DNA of 63,622 nt, filler included, from Octopus bimaculoides (taxonomy: Eukaryota), in the NCBI RefSeq assembly GCF_001194135.2. It is 6 parts of 6 records of this genome, joined end to end, with 100 filler letters (N's around TTAATTAATTAA, not from the genome) between each part and the next. Parts side by side here need not be neighbours in the genome. Positions count along the whole stretch, not along the records: positions 49,400 to 61,980 come from NC_068981.1; positions 62,081 to 63,622 come from NW_026320375.1; 4 more parts are not named here. One strand, 5' to 3'. Below, one piece after another: positions 51,848-63,622 of the stretch (the first letter of the stretch is position 1; every line of letters starts with the position of its first letter). The notes under the pieces are model-generated. The model worked only from the letters and a program-made list of their open reading frames with translations. It was not told where the DNA came from and made no database searches. The position numbers and the translations under genes are program-made.

Positions 51848-51975
51848 TTATCTATCTTTTTTATCTATCTATCTATTTATCTTTCATATGTCTGTCTATC
51901 TATCAGTTTGTCTGTCTGTCTCTATCTGTCCTATATATCTATGAATCTAATGATTTGATAATCTATCTATCTCTT
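51785..51975 (+). repeat. (TATC)n tetranucleotide repeat
   Basis: Read directly. Confidence 0.9.
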
Positions 51976-53009
51976 TTCATTCTATATATATTATTCAATA
52001 TATTATATATCTAATACTCTAAATATTATTAAATATTGTAAATTATATTTGTGTTTGAGTGTCTGAACACTTATCATCAACAGTCAAGTACAGATACATT
52101 TCTCAGATGAGTATCTGAGTTATCTCCCCATTCCACAGTAAATTCTCAATACGATTTCTATTCTAATAACTTAGAAGAAAAATTATATTCCTTTTGTTCA
52201 AAAGGTCGCATGTATATTTCTCACATTTCTCAAAAAATATGAGAATACTCTTAAACTTTGGAACAAAAACTGTGAGAAGAAAAAAATTAACATCTCTTAG
52301 AAAAAGTACCGATTGGTTTAAAACGAGATTATTGTGTTGATAATACATTCTTGAAAAAGTTTTAAAATCTACAAATCTTACTTGCAAACAGTAAAACAAC
52401 CACCAAAAAGAGTAAAAGTCAAACTCGTAATCGTCAAAGACACGAAAATAATGCTATTGATTCCAGAATATTTAAACAACTTAATAATCCCCACTTGAAG
52501 AATCACTTCTTCAAGACAGATTATCTGCCAGAACCGAAGACTGTAACATACACAAAGCAACAGGAAATTCTTCAAAGAACATACAAATATACAAACCTTA
52601 CCCTCAAACAGGAAAAGCAAATAGCAAAAAGTCAAACTTATATTCGCCAAACACATGAAAGTAATAAAATTAATTCCAGGATATTTAGACAACTTAGCAA
52701 ACCCACTAGAAGAATCCTAACCATCTCTTCCTCGACACAGAATATCTCCAAGAATCGAAGATTTCAACAGACAGACACAAAGAAACAAGGATTATAACCC
52801 GAAAACAATTGATGACAGAACCAGCCATAATCCGGAGCTGATCATCTGCTTCTTGTTTACCGTTTTGTGAGTAAGGTTCCTTCGGGAATTTCCTCTTGTT
52901 TTGTGTGTATTACGATCTTCTGTCCTGGCAGATGGAAATCAATGACGAATCAAAAATACGAAATAAAAACGGTGACAACCCAACAAAATAAAGGGATAAA
53001 GCATTAGAG

Positions 53010-53251
53010 TAGTGGTTCTCAACCATTTTTTACCAATGTACCTTTGTGATTCCTACTTTACTCGGGTGGATGCTCATAGCCATTCAATGTTTAAATAATC
53101 CTATTTTCATTATTAAATATTAAGAACTGTATTTTAAAAATTGTTAAAATATTTTGTTATGCAGAAATATAACCAATTTAATGCACATAAATTTTAATAA
53201 AATCTTATATGGATCCCCAAGGGTCAGATGAGGACCGGTTGAGGACCCCTG
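53010..53251. mobile_element. hAT (Charlie-like) MITE
   Basis: TIRs tagtggttctcaacc / ggttgaggacccctg; 8-bp flanks cattagag / ggttagag (6/8). Confidence 0.75.
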
Positions 53252-53254
53252 GGT

Positions 53255-55100
53255 TAGAGAAATATTATGACTTTATACCTGAATTCTTATATAATGAGCA
53301 ACTACACCCGAAATCCATATCCAACACCAGTCGAAAGAAATGGGAAATTATTCATGAACTCACAAACAATGATGAAATGGTAATTAAAGAAACAAATAAC
53401 GGAAGAGCTGTAGTCATTATAAATACTGAGATCTGTAAAGACTCCAAATTATTCTTGTTAAGAGACAGCATCCATTTTGAGAAGAAAATCAATTACTAAT
53501 AATGGTTTCCAATTTTGGCTCAAGGCCGGCAATTTCGGGAGAGAGGGTAAGTCGCTTACATCGCCTCCAGTATTCAATTGGTATTTATTTTATCAACCCC
53601 CAGAAAGGATAAAAGGCAAAGTCGACCGCGGCGGAATTTGAACTCAGAACGTAAAGACAGACGAAATACCGCCAAGCATTTTGCCCAGCATGCTAACGAT
53701 TCTTATTTCTTTATTGCCCACAAGGGGCTACACACAGAGGGGGAAAACAAGGACAGACAAACGGATTAAGTCGATTATATCGACCCCAGTGTGTAACTGG
53801 TACTTATTTAATCGATCCAGAAAGGATGAAAGGCAAAGTCGACCTCGGCGGAATTTGAACTCAGAACGTAGAGACAGACGAAATGCCACTAAGCATTTCG
53901 CCCGGTGTGCTAACAATTCTGCCATCTCGCTGCCTTAACAATTACCAATATTGAAAAACAATGAAGAAACTTAGAACTTTTTATTCACATACAGGTTGTT
54001 AAGAAAGTTCTAACAAGCAAGTAATTGTTTGTTAAAGCATTGTATGCAAAACCAGACATTTCTACTGACCCTTCCAAATCCACAACACAAAAGACGCTTC
54101 AGATACACCCAGTACTTTGCCTTATGTTACAACACACAACTACCGAAATATAGAAATATACATTATCCATCAAAATATTCCATTATTGGGGCAAAACCCA
54201 GTAATGTAAAAAGACACTCATAATGCACAAAATAACCCAGAACAAAATCCTTTAAAAATTACGAACCAATGACAAATTTCAACTAAGAACATGAGACAAA
54301 TATTCAAAAAAATGTCGTCGCTCTCTAATTGTGGAACCTGCGTTAACGCTTTTGGAAATGCATCGGATAAATTTAAATCAGGAAATATTTTCAATGAAAA
54401 AAATTACTTCACCTGTTGGTCAAAAATATTCACTTACGCTATTGAATGTAACGGCATGTAACGAAGATTACATAGGCAAAGGAAACTTAACTTGAGAAAT
54501 AGCTTGCCAATTTATCGTCAACAAATGCGAGATTCCATTGTTAGACATCTACTACTAAGGGAGCATTTAAACCATTTTGCAACAAATACCCAAAATTCCA
54601 AGTCTTCTTTCTTTATCGTTGTTCTGACAAAACTACACATTAAATACAGTTTAAAAAAAGAAAATATGTTTATTGAAAATACAAACGACTAATAACATAT
54701 CGAACAGATACATTTACGAACAACTTACTAACAACTAAAGCATTAAATTAACAAAATACAATGCCATTTTAGTTTACACTTTCACACACAAACACACAGA
54801 CAACCGCATACATATATATTTAACTTGCTGTCTCTCGCAAATAAGCAACAATCTATTTCTCTATATTTAGCAAGCAACCTGTAACTGTCGCTACCGCATG
54901 ATACCTTCAAAGGATTAATGCAGTCTTGGCTTTTGGCGCAAGTATTTGTCCGGACAGTCACGTGACCTTAATACGCAGACATCACGTGCAGTTGTTCGTG
55001 CTATCACGTGGCACATTTACTGGACTGACACAGTCTTAGCTTTTGGCGCAGTAATAGCTCATACGGTCACATGATCTTCATACGTAGCCGTCAGAAGGAG
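53255..55100 (+). mobile_element. Degraded Penelope-like element (RT N-terminus, GIY-YIG, duplicated 3' module) interrupted by S2 SINEs at about 53510-53935
   Basis: ELTNNDEMVIKETNNGRAVVIINT resembles the Penelope IKxADKGxAVVI motif. CGTC...NYFTCWSK...EDYIG...RQQMRD parallels 32340-32760. Confidence 0.7.
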
Positions 55101-55423
55101 CTGGTCGAATTCTATTCCGACCACTCTCCCTCAGTGCCTTTGTATTCTTTTATTATTCTACTCGCTGCAGTCATTTGACTGCGGCCATGCTGGAGCACCG
55201 CCTTAAACGGTTTTTAATCGAAGAAATCTTCTCCCCACCAGGACTTATTCTTCATAAGCCTAGTACTTACTGTGTCGGTTTACTTTTGCCGAACTGCTAA
55301 ATTACGGGGACGTAAACACACCAACATCGGTTGTCAAGCGATGGCGGGAGGACAAAACAAACACAAAGACACATACACAGGAATGTATACACACATACAC
55401 ACATATACATGTATGTATGTGTG

Positions 55424-55469
<46 letters not shown>

Positions 55470-55492
55470 CAAATATATACAAATATATACAT

Positions 55493-55550
<58 letters not shown>

Positions 55551-55574
55551 GTGTGTGTGTGTGTATGTGTGTGT

Positions 55575-55611
<37 letters not shown>

Positions 55612-57529
55612 CTGTATGTATACATCATATATAATAGGCTAAACCCGTCCACAAGCAATTTCTAAATGTAATTCGTAATGTGGCTATAGTGGTGCGTTAT
55701 GGTTTTCGATATTCTCCTAATTTAGATCGGTTGATCCTAATTGAGTATTTAATCAAGCAAGTAATTAGAAGAGAATCTCTACGTGTCCACCAAGATTAAT
55801 TAATATTTAAAGTCCAACTATCGCTATTAGTTACAGATTAGTTTTATGATAAGATTAACGAGCAACGGTTTGGATGGGGTAGTCGCTATGATATTTTCTA
55901 ATATAACTTTCCAATATAATTGATGTTGTAAAATTGTGGGGGAGGAAATAATTGTTATCACTGTTATATTTCAGTTTTATTTGAAATAATACTCGCAGGA
56001 CGCTGGATTGGCAGAAGCGGTAGAGCAATGGGCAAAGGTACTTAAACATTATGGCTCTTTGAGTTCAAATCACACCCAAGAGTTTTATCTTTTTTCCTGT
56101 CATCTTTCCGTGGTTGGTAAAATGAAGTAATAGATTCGTTTCAATGTATTATACACCGCCCATCAAAATTAAATACCTTTATATCAGAAATCAATGGCTC
56201 ATATTTAAATGGATTTCTAAAGTATTGTATTGATTTAACCAAGGAAGCATTGGTCAAAAGATTTTGTTTCTCTTGTCTGTAAGAATACCACCCTATTAGA
56301 TTCTTCCCACATACGTGTGTATACACACACAAACCTCATTTTCCTCCTCTCTAGACTTTTTCTTCTTTCCGACGATGAGCCATTCCTATTTTTCCATTTT
56401 TCCACGTAAAACGTTTATACTTATTTATGTTAATAATGATATGAAGATTGTGAACCGAATACCCTAACCACTAAGCCACGCACCTTCACTTCAGAGAGAC
56501 ACACAGACACAGCTACAAATCATTCCCAATTGACTTTCTGGCACGAAATTGTTTTATAAACATTGCTGAAAACCCTTATTCACAACAATAAGTGGATAGG
56601 GACAGCAAAAGGCTCTTTCCACAATTGTAAAGAAGGGGATAAGGGTCCCAAAAATTATAATCGTATAAATTGCTTTTCATCTATGACAAGCTGGTTGTAG
56701 GGATTTGAACCTGGTTCAACATAAAAGTTCTTACTTTTGTCTCTAGTCCGTAGCAACAATAATCCACATTTCTCTATCAACTGTAACAAATGATGGGTGG
56801 AGGCCACACTAATCGGATCATTGAAGATTATCAGAGCCTTCAGTTTACTATGATACTTTGAACATTAGAGTACATATTTCCATTTCTTTTTTTTTTCTTT
56901 CGAAAAAATTATTCTCCCCATTGTTTCTAAAGATAACCAGGTTCAATATTTGTGGAAGATTTGCGTTCAGCACAGAAAAATACATTAGTCAGATATTTAA
57001 TGCCGTATTACGCTGTGCAGGAGTCAATTATACAAAGATCGCATGTATAGGCGTAGGCGTGACTGTGTGGTAAGAAGTTTGTTTAGTAACCACATGGTTC
57101 CGGGCTCAGTCCCCCTGCGTGGTACCATAGGCAAGTGTCTTCTATTATAGCATCGAGCCAAGCAAAGCCTTGTGGATGGATTTGGTAGACGGATACAGAA
57201 AGAAGCCCGTCGTATATATGTTTTGTGTGTGTGTGTGTGTATGTCTGTCTGTTTGTCTGCCTTTGTGTTTGTATTTGTCCTTTACCCACCGCTTGACAAC
57301 CGGTGTTGGTGGGTTTACGTCCATGTGACTTAGCGGTCTGACAAAAGAGACAACAGAGTAAGTACCAGACTTTAGAAAAATGAGTACTGGGGTCGATTCA
57401 TTCCACTACAGATTCTTTAAGGCAGTGCCCCAGCATGGCTGCAGTCTAATGACTGAAACAGGTAACCGGTAAAAGATACCTGATTGCATTTCTCCGACGA
57501 CGACGACGATGACGTTCTGAAAGTAAACC

Positions 57530-58300
57530 AAAACAGACGAGTTCGCCTGTGGGGGTCGCCGCCGATGACGTCATTACCGGCCCATGACGGTTGTAAGAAC
57601 GACTATGAGTAACCCCTCAACGAAAACAACAGAGGTCACCCTTTTGAGGTAAGGCCAGCCACAGAGTGGTGAGGGTCTCTTTAGCCTTGGTTGGCACCCC
57701 CCTAGAAATGGTGCCTCGATAATAACACCGGGGATTGTGACAGCTTAACACCGCGGCCCTCCTTGTGATTGTAATGCCCAGTAGTAAATATAATCACTAC
57801 TGCGTTCATGAGATCGAATCCATGAGTAAAGGTCTCTCACACGACAAATGTCCCACAGTGCAGCAGGATGGGCGTGGTAGTTATCCATATCTTGCTGCAA
57901 AGATTAGGAGAAGATGGACTCGAAATAACAGCAGAACTGTAATGGAATCCTATTACAGATGCGAGACTAACAGAACAGGATAGAAGAAAAATTTGCATAA
58001 AATATGAATAGAGAAAGATGTGTTTTATATCACAGAACAAAGATTTCTGGACAAGAAAATTTGTGAGACAATAAATGTAGAATCTGCAGGAAAGTATCAG
58101 TCATATTTTGAGTGTGCACAGTATAGTTACACAAAAGAAGAATTAACACAGGCATGGCTGTGTAGGCAAAAGAGTGTATTCGGATGTTAGCTGAAAATGG
58201 GACTTCAATAATAACAGAAAAGTGGTATTAACACGAACCAGAAGCTGTGATAGAAAATGGGAATTACAGGAACTTGGGGGACTTCCCCATAAAGACTGAC
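57530..58300 (+). mobile_element. Internally deleted RLE-type non-LTR: GC-rich 5' UTR, ORF N-terminus, zinc knuckle, start of RLE
   Basis: RRWTRNNSRTVMESYYRCE...ITEQRF, DNKCRIC, KWY*HEPEAVIENGNY...DFPIKTD. Confidence 0.75.
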
Positions 58301-59167
58301 TATATAGGCGAAGGCGTGATTGTGTGATAAGAAGCTTGCTTCCCAGTCACATGGTTCTGGGTTCAGTCCCACTGCGTGGCACCTTGGGCAAGTGTCTTCT
58401 ACTATAGCCTCTGGCCGACCAAAGCCTTATGAGTGGATCTGGTAGACGGAAATTGAAAGAAAGCCTTGGTGAATGTGTGTGTGTGTGTGTTTGCGCGCGC
58501 GAGTGTATGTATGTCTGTATATGAACTACGGTCATTGAAAGCTGCTAGATAATCATTATTGTATGCTGTTGACGCCATATGAATTTTAGAAAGTTCGAGA
58601 GGTATGAAATAGATTTTTAACGCGAGAACTCGAAGGAAATAAAACTATAAATGATAGCGTGTAGAATATTGGGCTATGATATACTACCAGGTATATTAAA
58701 GGCTTTACAAGTCAATACTGTGTCTTTCTTGGTATTAGAAGTGCGTTGTTTTCATTTTTTAAGTGTATCGCTATAAATTTTCTATAGAATTTAGAGTCAG
58801 CGATGAAAGATGCAGCGTTTTGTATACGAATACGTCTATGCAAACAATACAATCGAAAAAATAGAAAAACAGGTGATGGGTGTACATGCACATTTCAGTT
58901 GTTATTGTTCCTTCTTCAGTACCACATCCAACTCATTAACCATCCACGAGCACATTGCTTAAATAGCCACTAAGTTTAGAGGTGTAACAAAATTAAATAG
59001 ATCAATTTTACATATTGAACACATTGGTGGCAGCTGGTACTTACTTAATTGCTGGTAGGGACACCGGATTTCGCTTTACAGCCATAATTTACTACAAAAT
59101 CATATTAAAGGTTTATATTGTGTCCTACTTTTGTGTTAGCAGTGCGTTGTTTTTCATTTTATAAGTG

Positions 59168-59363
59168 TATCTCTACAGATTTCCTGTAGAATTTAGAGCA
59201 AGCACTGAAAGTCGTGACGTTTCGTATACGAATAAGTCTATGTAAACAATAGCCATCGCGTATTTCCAAGCATCGATCGCATTGTTTACATAAACGTATT
59301 TGTATATGAAACATCGTAACTTTCAGTGTTGGCTCTGAATTCTGTAGGAAGTCTGTAGAGATA
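59168..59363. repeat. Foldback element: 83-bp inverted arms with a 30-bp spacer
   Basis: 59168-59250 versus the reverse complement of 59281-59363, roughly 80% identical by eye. A direct copy of the left arm lies near 58740-58850. Confidence 0.8.
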
Positions 59364-59816
59364 TTTTTAAAATACTTAAAGTTAGTGATCCTAAAGAAGA
59401 AAAACCAGTTCGAATGTTCTGAGCAGGGTTTGAATATCGTTGCATGAAATATATATATTGTTAATGGTAGTATGTTTATAAATGACGCAGAAAAGTGTGA
59501 AGAGAGAAATTTTCTCGTCTTAAAACGAAAACTACGCGTTGGGATTTATATCTTTCATCTTTTATTTTTTACTTGTTTCAATCATTAGACTGCAACCTTG
59601 TTGGAGCACCGCTTTGAAGGATTTGTAGTCGAACGGATTGCCCCCACCACACTTCCAGTACCTATTTCTCTTTAAGCCTTATCGTATCGGTCTTTTTTGG
59701 CCGAACCGCTAAGTTACGTGGACGTAAACAAGCCAGCAATGCCTGTGAAGTGGTGACAAGGTAAACACACACACACATACACACATAAACAAACACACAC
59801 ACACACACACACATAT

Positions 59817-59873
<57 letters not shown>

Positions 59874-61302
59874 TTTATATATATACACGACGTGCTTTCT
59901 TCAGTTTTCGTCTACCAAATCCACTCCCAAGGCTTTGGTTGGCCCGAAAATATATAAGACACTGCAGTGGAACTGAACCCGGAACCACGTAGTTGGGGAG
60001 CAAATTTCCACACAGCTACTCTTTTTGCCAATAGTTAGTAAATCACACGGCTGTATGCTTAAGAAGTTCGCATCGCAACTACGTGAGTTGGAGTTCAGTT
60101 ACACTAGATCACAATCGACCAAGGCCTTATCAGTGGAATTTGGTAGATGGAAGCCTACCAGAACGACTGACCCTGATTTCTAAATGGTAGAATTAATCCC
60201 TCGCCCTGGAGTCAAGGCTTTTGTAAGGATTCGGGCCAGGACTTCAGCCTGGGGATAACTTCGTCCGTTCCATTCACCTGTCTCGACACTATTGAAAGGT
60301 TCAGGAGTGCTGATGTCATTCGGGACGAGTTTTTGATACAAAGTCTTCAAAGAGAAGTTTCTCCGTGACAAAATCTCACAACCAACACCATTCTGTACTT
60401 GTAAATCCATTATGAATTATCTACATATTGTCATTCATATCATTCGTCCCTCGACTAAGCCATAAAAATTTATAGGGAGTTTAAAGGCACTACCTAACTA
60501 TGAATGTCTTCCAACAACTAGAACGACAAAAACAAAACAAAAAAACTTGATAACAAATTTGGAAAATGACCAACCATACACAAGAATCAATCCAAGAAGC
60601 TTTTAAAGTAACTTACGCGAGAGATATAAGTCCAGTAATATACCCAAAAAGGAAAAGAATATTTAAAATGGCTCACTTGTCAGGCAGAAGTTCCCGCTAG
60701 CCTCGTTTTCATAAATCTTTGCACATCAAACTGCAAATAGGTAAGTCCAGCGGCCTTCAAAGAGATTTATTGAATGGCACACGAAATTCTTTCAATCTTC
60801 TTTCAAACTCCTTTCAAATATAATTCCAGCAATTCTCCTCGAATTATAATATTTATAACCAATTGTTTTACAAATAATCAATTTATATAATTAATGTATT
60901 GGATACAAGGAGAAAAAACCCTTTATTGCAGAATATACTGCTATAAATATGCACATATAAATATATTATAATATATTATAATATATGTATATGATGTTAT
61001 TATTTGTTCGTTTATGTTTGCATGCAAAAATACAAAGTACTCAATACACACACACCTGTGTTAGGAGTGTGTAGAGCGCTTCATAATTGTGTTTGAAATT
61101 TGGAAACTCATCGATGCATTCGGCTGACGTTCATCAACCGTACAAAACGTTGAGGTATGAGGAATATGGTGAAATAATCCGGTTTATCAACAAATATGTG
61201 AGTGTGTGTGTGTGTGTATGTGTACATGCGTAAGTGTGTATGTGTGTGTGTATGTGTGAGGGTGTGTGCATATATATATATATATATACATACATGCGTG
61301 AG

Positions 61303-61342
<40 letters not shown>

Positions 61343-61980
61343 CCTCTGTGTGTAGGTTTGCCTCTGTGTGTGTTTGTGCGCGCGCATGTATGTGTGTGCG
61401 TAGGTGAGTTTGCCTCTATGTGTGTGTGTGTGTGAAGTGGGAATTATCGATCTATGAAAATTACGATAGTTTCAACCACAGGTTGCTAAATTTACCGACA
61501 GAACAACAACTACAAAAGCAACAACAAAAGCAACAGCAACATCACCGCCGCAGCCACCACCACCTCCGCCGCCATCACCACCGCCACTCTCAACACCACC
61601 GCTACCATTCACAACAATAACAACAACAATAACAACAACAACACCTACTGGTCGGTTGACATAACGGATTTGACCAAATGGGATTAACACAACAAACTAA
61701 TATTGCAAATCCGTGAAGAGGGATTAGTATAAAGTTAATTGTGGAACTAAAGACTGTGAGCATGGTTGTGCGTATGTATGTGTATATATGTATATATATG
61801 TGCGTGCATGTGTGTGTTTGTGCATGTATGTGTATGTATGTGTGTGTATACATACATGTCTGTATATATGTATAAATATACATGTGCATATACATATATA
61901 TATACATACATATATAAATATATATATATATATATATACATACATACATACATATATATATATTTATATATATATATATA

Positions 61981-62080
61981 NNNNNNNNNNNNNNNNNNNN
62001 NNNNNNNNNNNNNNNNNNNNNNNNTTAATTAATTAANNNNNNNNNNNNNNNNNNNNNNNNNNNNNNNNNNNNNNNNNNNN
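61981..62080. other. Artificial scaffold join
   Basis: 44N-TTAATTAATTAA-44N. Confidence 0.95.
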
Positions 62081-62979
62081 TTGTTAGAAGAATAAAGGAG
62101 AGCTTAAATACGGTAATAAAAAATAGGGATCCACCCTAAAAATTCCGAAATAGTAAGAAAGACTCTTAGAATATCGAAGTATACATCTCAGCAAGGAAAG
62201 AGCCGCTGATGGGAAGTGATAAAGACCTAACTATAAATAATCTTGTGCACTCAACGATAAATGTTCTTAGCAACCGAATGGATCTTAAAATGAAGGGGAA
62301 AAAAAGGGAAAACATATGAATCAAAAAAGCCAAGCAGAAAGTTAAGATACCGAAGGAAATAAATTCTTTAAAACGAGAATCTCAGTTGTTGAAGGAAGGC
62401 GAGGGAAATGGAAAGGAAATATAAAATTACAAACCAAGACGCCCCTTCTGTATTTAAGTGAAAGAGTAAGTGGTCGGGAGGTTTGATAAGAGAAATCAAT
62501 ATTACTGACAAAATACAAAATAAGAATTTTCCATATCGACGCAGAGAAGTTCTACAAGTGAACTTACTCTTTTACTCTTTTACTTGTTTCAGTCATTTGA
62601 CTGTGGCCATGCTGGAGCACCGCTTTTAGTCAAGCAAATCGACCCCAGGACTTATTCTTTGGAAGCCTAGTACTTATTCTATCGGCTCTCTTTTGCCGAA
62701 CCGCTAAGTTACGGGGACGTAAACACACCAGCATCGGTTGTCAAGCAATGTTGGGGGAACAAACACAGACACACAAACATATACACACACATATATATAT
62801 ACATATATACGACGGGCTTCTTTCAGTTTTCCTTCTACCAAATCCACTCATGAGGCTTTGGTCGGCCCGAGACTATAGTAGAAGACACTTGCCCAAGGTG
62901 CCACGCAGTGGGAATGAACCTAGAACCATGTGGTTGGTAAGCAAGCTACTTACCACACAGCCACTCCTACGCCTATGGT

Positions 62980-63215
62980 GAAACAACAATTAAAGATATA
63001 GGAACCACTAAACATCAATGAAGTTGAGCAATTCTGGAAGAATATTTGGAGCAAATCAAAGAAATCCAACGTGAAAACATCCTGGTTCAACAGAGAATAT
63101 GAAAGACTAAAGAAAGCCGAAGAATAGGAATCAATAGCAGTAGGGGTGCCGGAACCAAGGCTGGTTCTCAGTAAAACACACTAATGGGAAATACCTGGAA
63201 TAGACCCAATTACAA
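62980..63215 (+). mobile_element. RLE-type non-LTR pre-RT relic
   Basis: NEVEQFWKNIWSKSKKSNVKTSWFNREYERL...H*WEIPGID resembles FWxxIW...W...WKxPGxD of R4/Dong-like ORFs. Confidence 0.6.
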
Positions 63216-63622
63216 TATCGTTTATCTCCCCTGTACCATTCCCTTTGTCTCTGATTTTTTTTTGTCTAATCCTTCAATCACGCTGCCCCCTACCCCTCTC
63301 TCCTCCTTCCACGTGACCGGTGACCGGCCAGCTATGATCTTCCTTTCTTGACCTGACTGCCGACCGCCAACACCTCTTATGCCCGTCTCCTATGTTCCTG
63401 CCTTTAGCCTTTCTCATTATACACGCCAGCCCAATTTGATTCGTTCTCCGTCGAAAGACACCTGTTGTTATTTTCTTGATTGTATTTGTAATTGTGTTCC
63501 GTGTTCTCTGTTTTTTTTGTCTTCGTTGCCGTACACATTCGCTAGCTTTCTTTTAAAAATATCTAATGTTCTTAGCTTAGACTTGGGGGGGGGCAGCCAG
63601 ATCGAACTGTCTCAAGTGTAAC

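Noticed and set aside
60670-60750. Strong ag/gtaagt donor and a nearby acceptor
   Set aside because: All three frames of the putative 57-nt exon contain or end in stops; no supporting partner exon.
679-62036. Long ORFs in the track containing X runs or poly-H/M/I/Y/VC/HT
   Set aside because: They are produced by N gaps and di/trinucleotide microsatellites, not coding sequence.

Overview
Repeat-dense, AT-rich animal genomic DNA. The SINE/RTE/Penelope/mariner repeats and extreme microsatellite load suggest an octopus; this is an inference, not a database match. The only host gene I can support is part of an axonemal dynein heavy chain on the minus strand, most similar to DNAH3 from remembered sequences. 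It has 11 exons between 23710 and 2088, all with GT-AG borders and consistent phases. They splice into an uninterrupted 773-codon frame covering the end of AAA4, the stalk and microtubule-binding domain, and AAA5. The 5' part of the gene is not visible and the 3' part lies outside the window. Five identical 44N-TTAATTAATTAA-44N spacers are artificial scaffold joins, so sequence right of 27177 may not be contiguous with the gene. The rest is transposon relics: three tRNA-type SINE families, RTE LINE pieces, RLE-type non-LTRs, Penelope-like GIY-YIG elements, Tc1/mariner relics and MITEs. I found no clearly new biological system. The best leads are a palindromic element built from two transposase 3' ends, a Penelope-type hammerhead relic, a structured RLE 5' UTR, a CpG-decay contrast across the first join, a promoter-like island at 29.3-30.1 kb, and a duplicated splice acceptor in the dynein gene.
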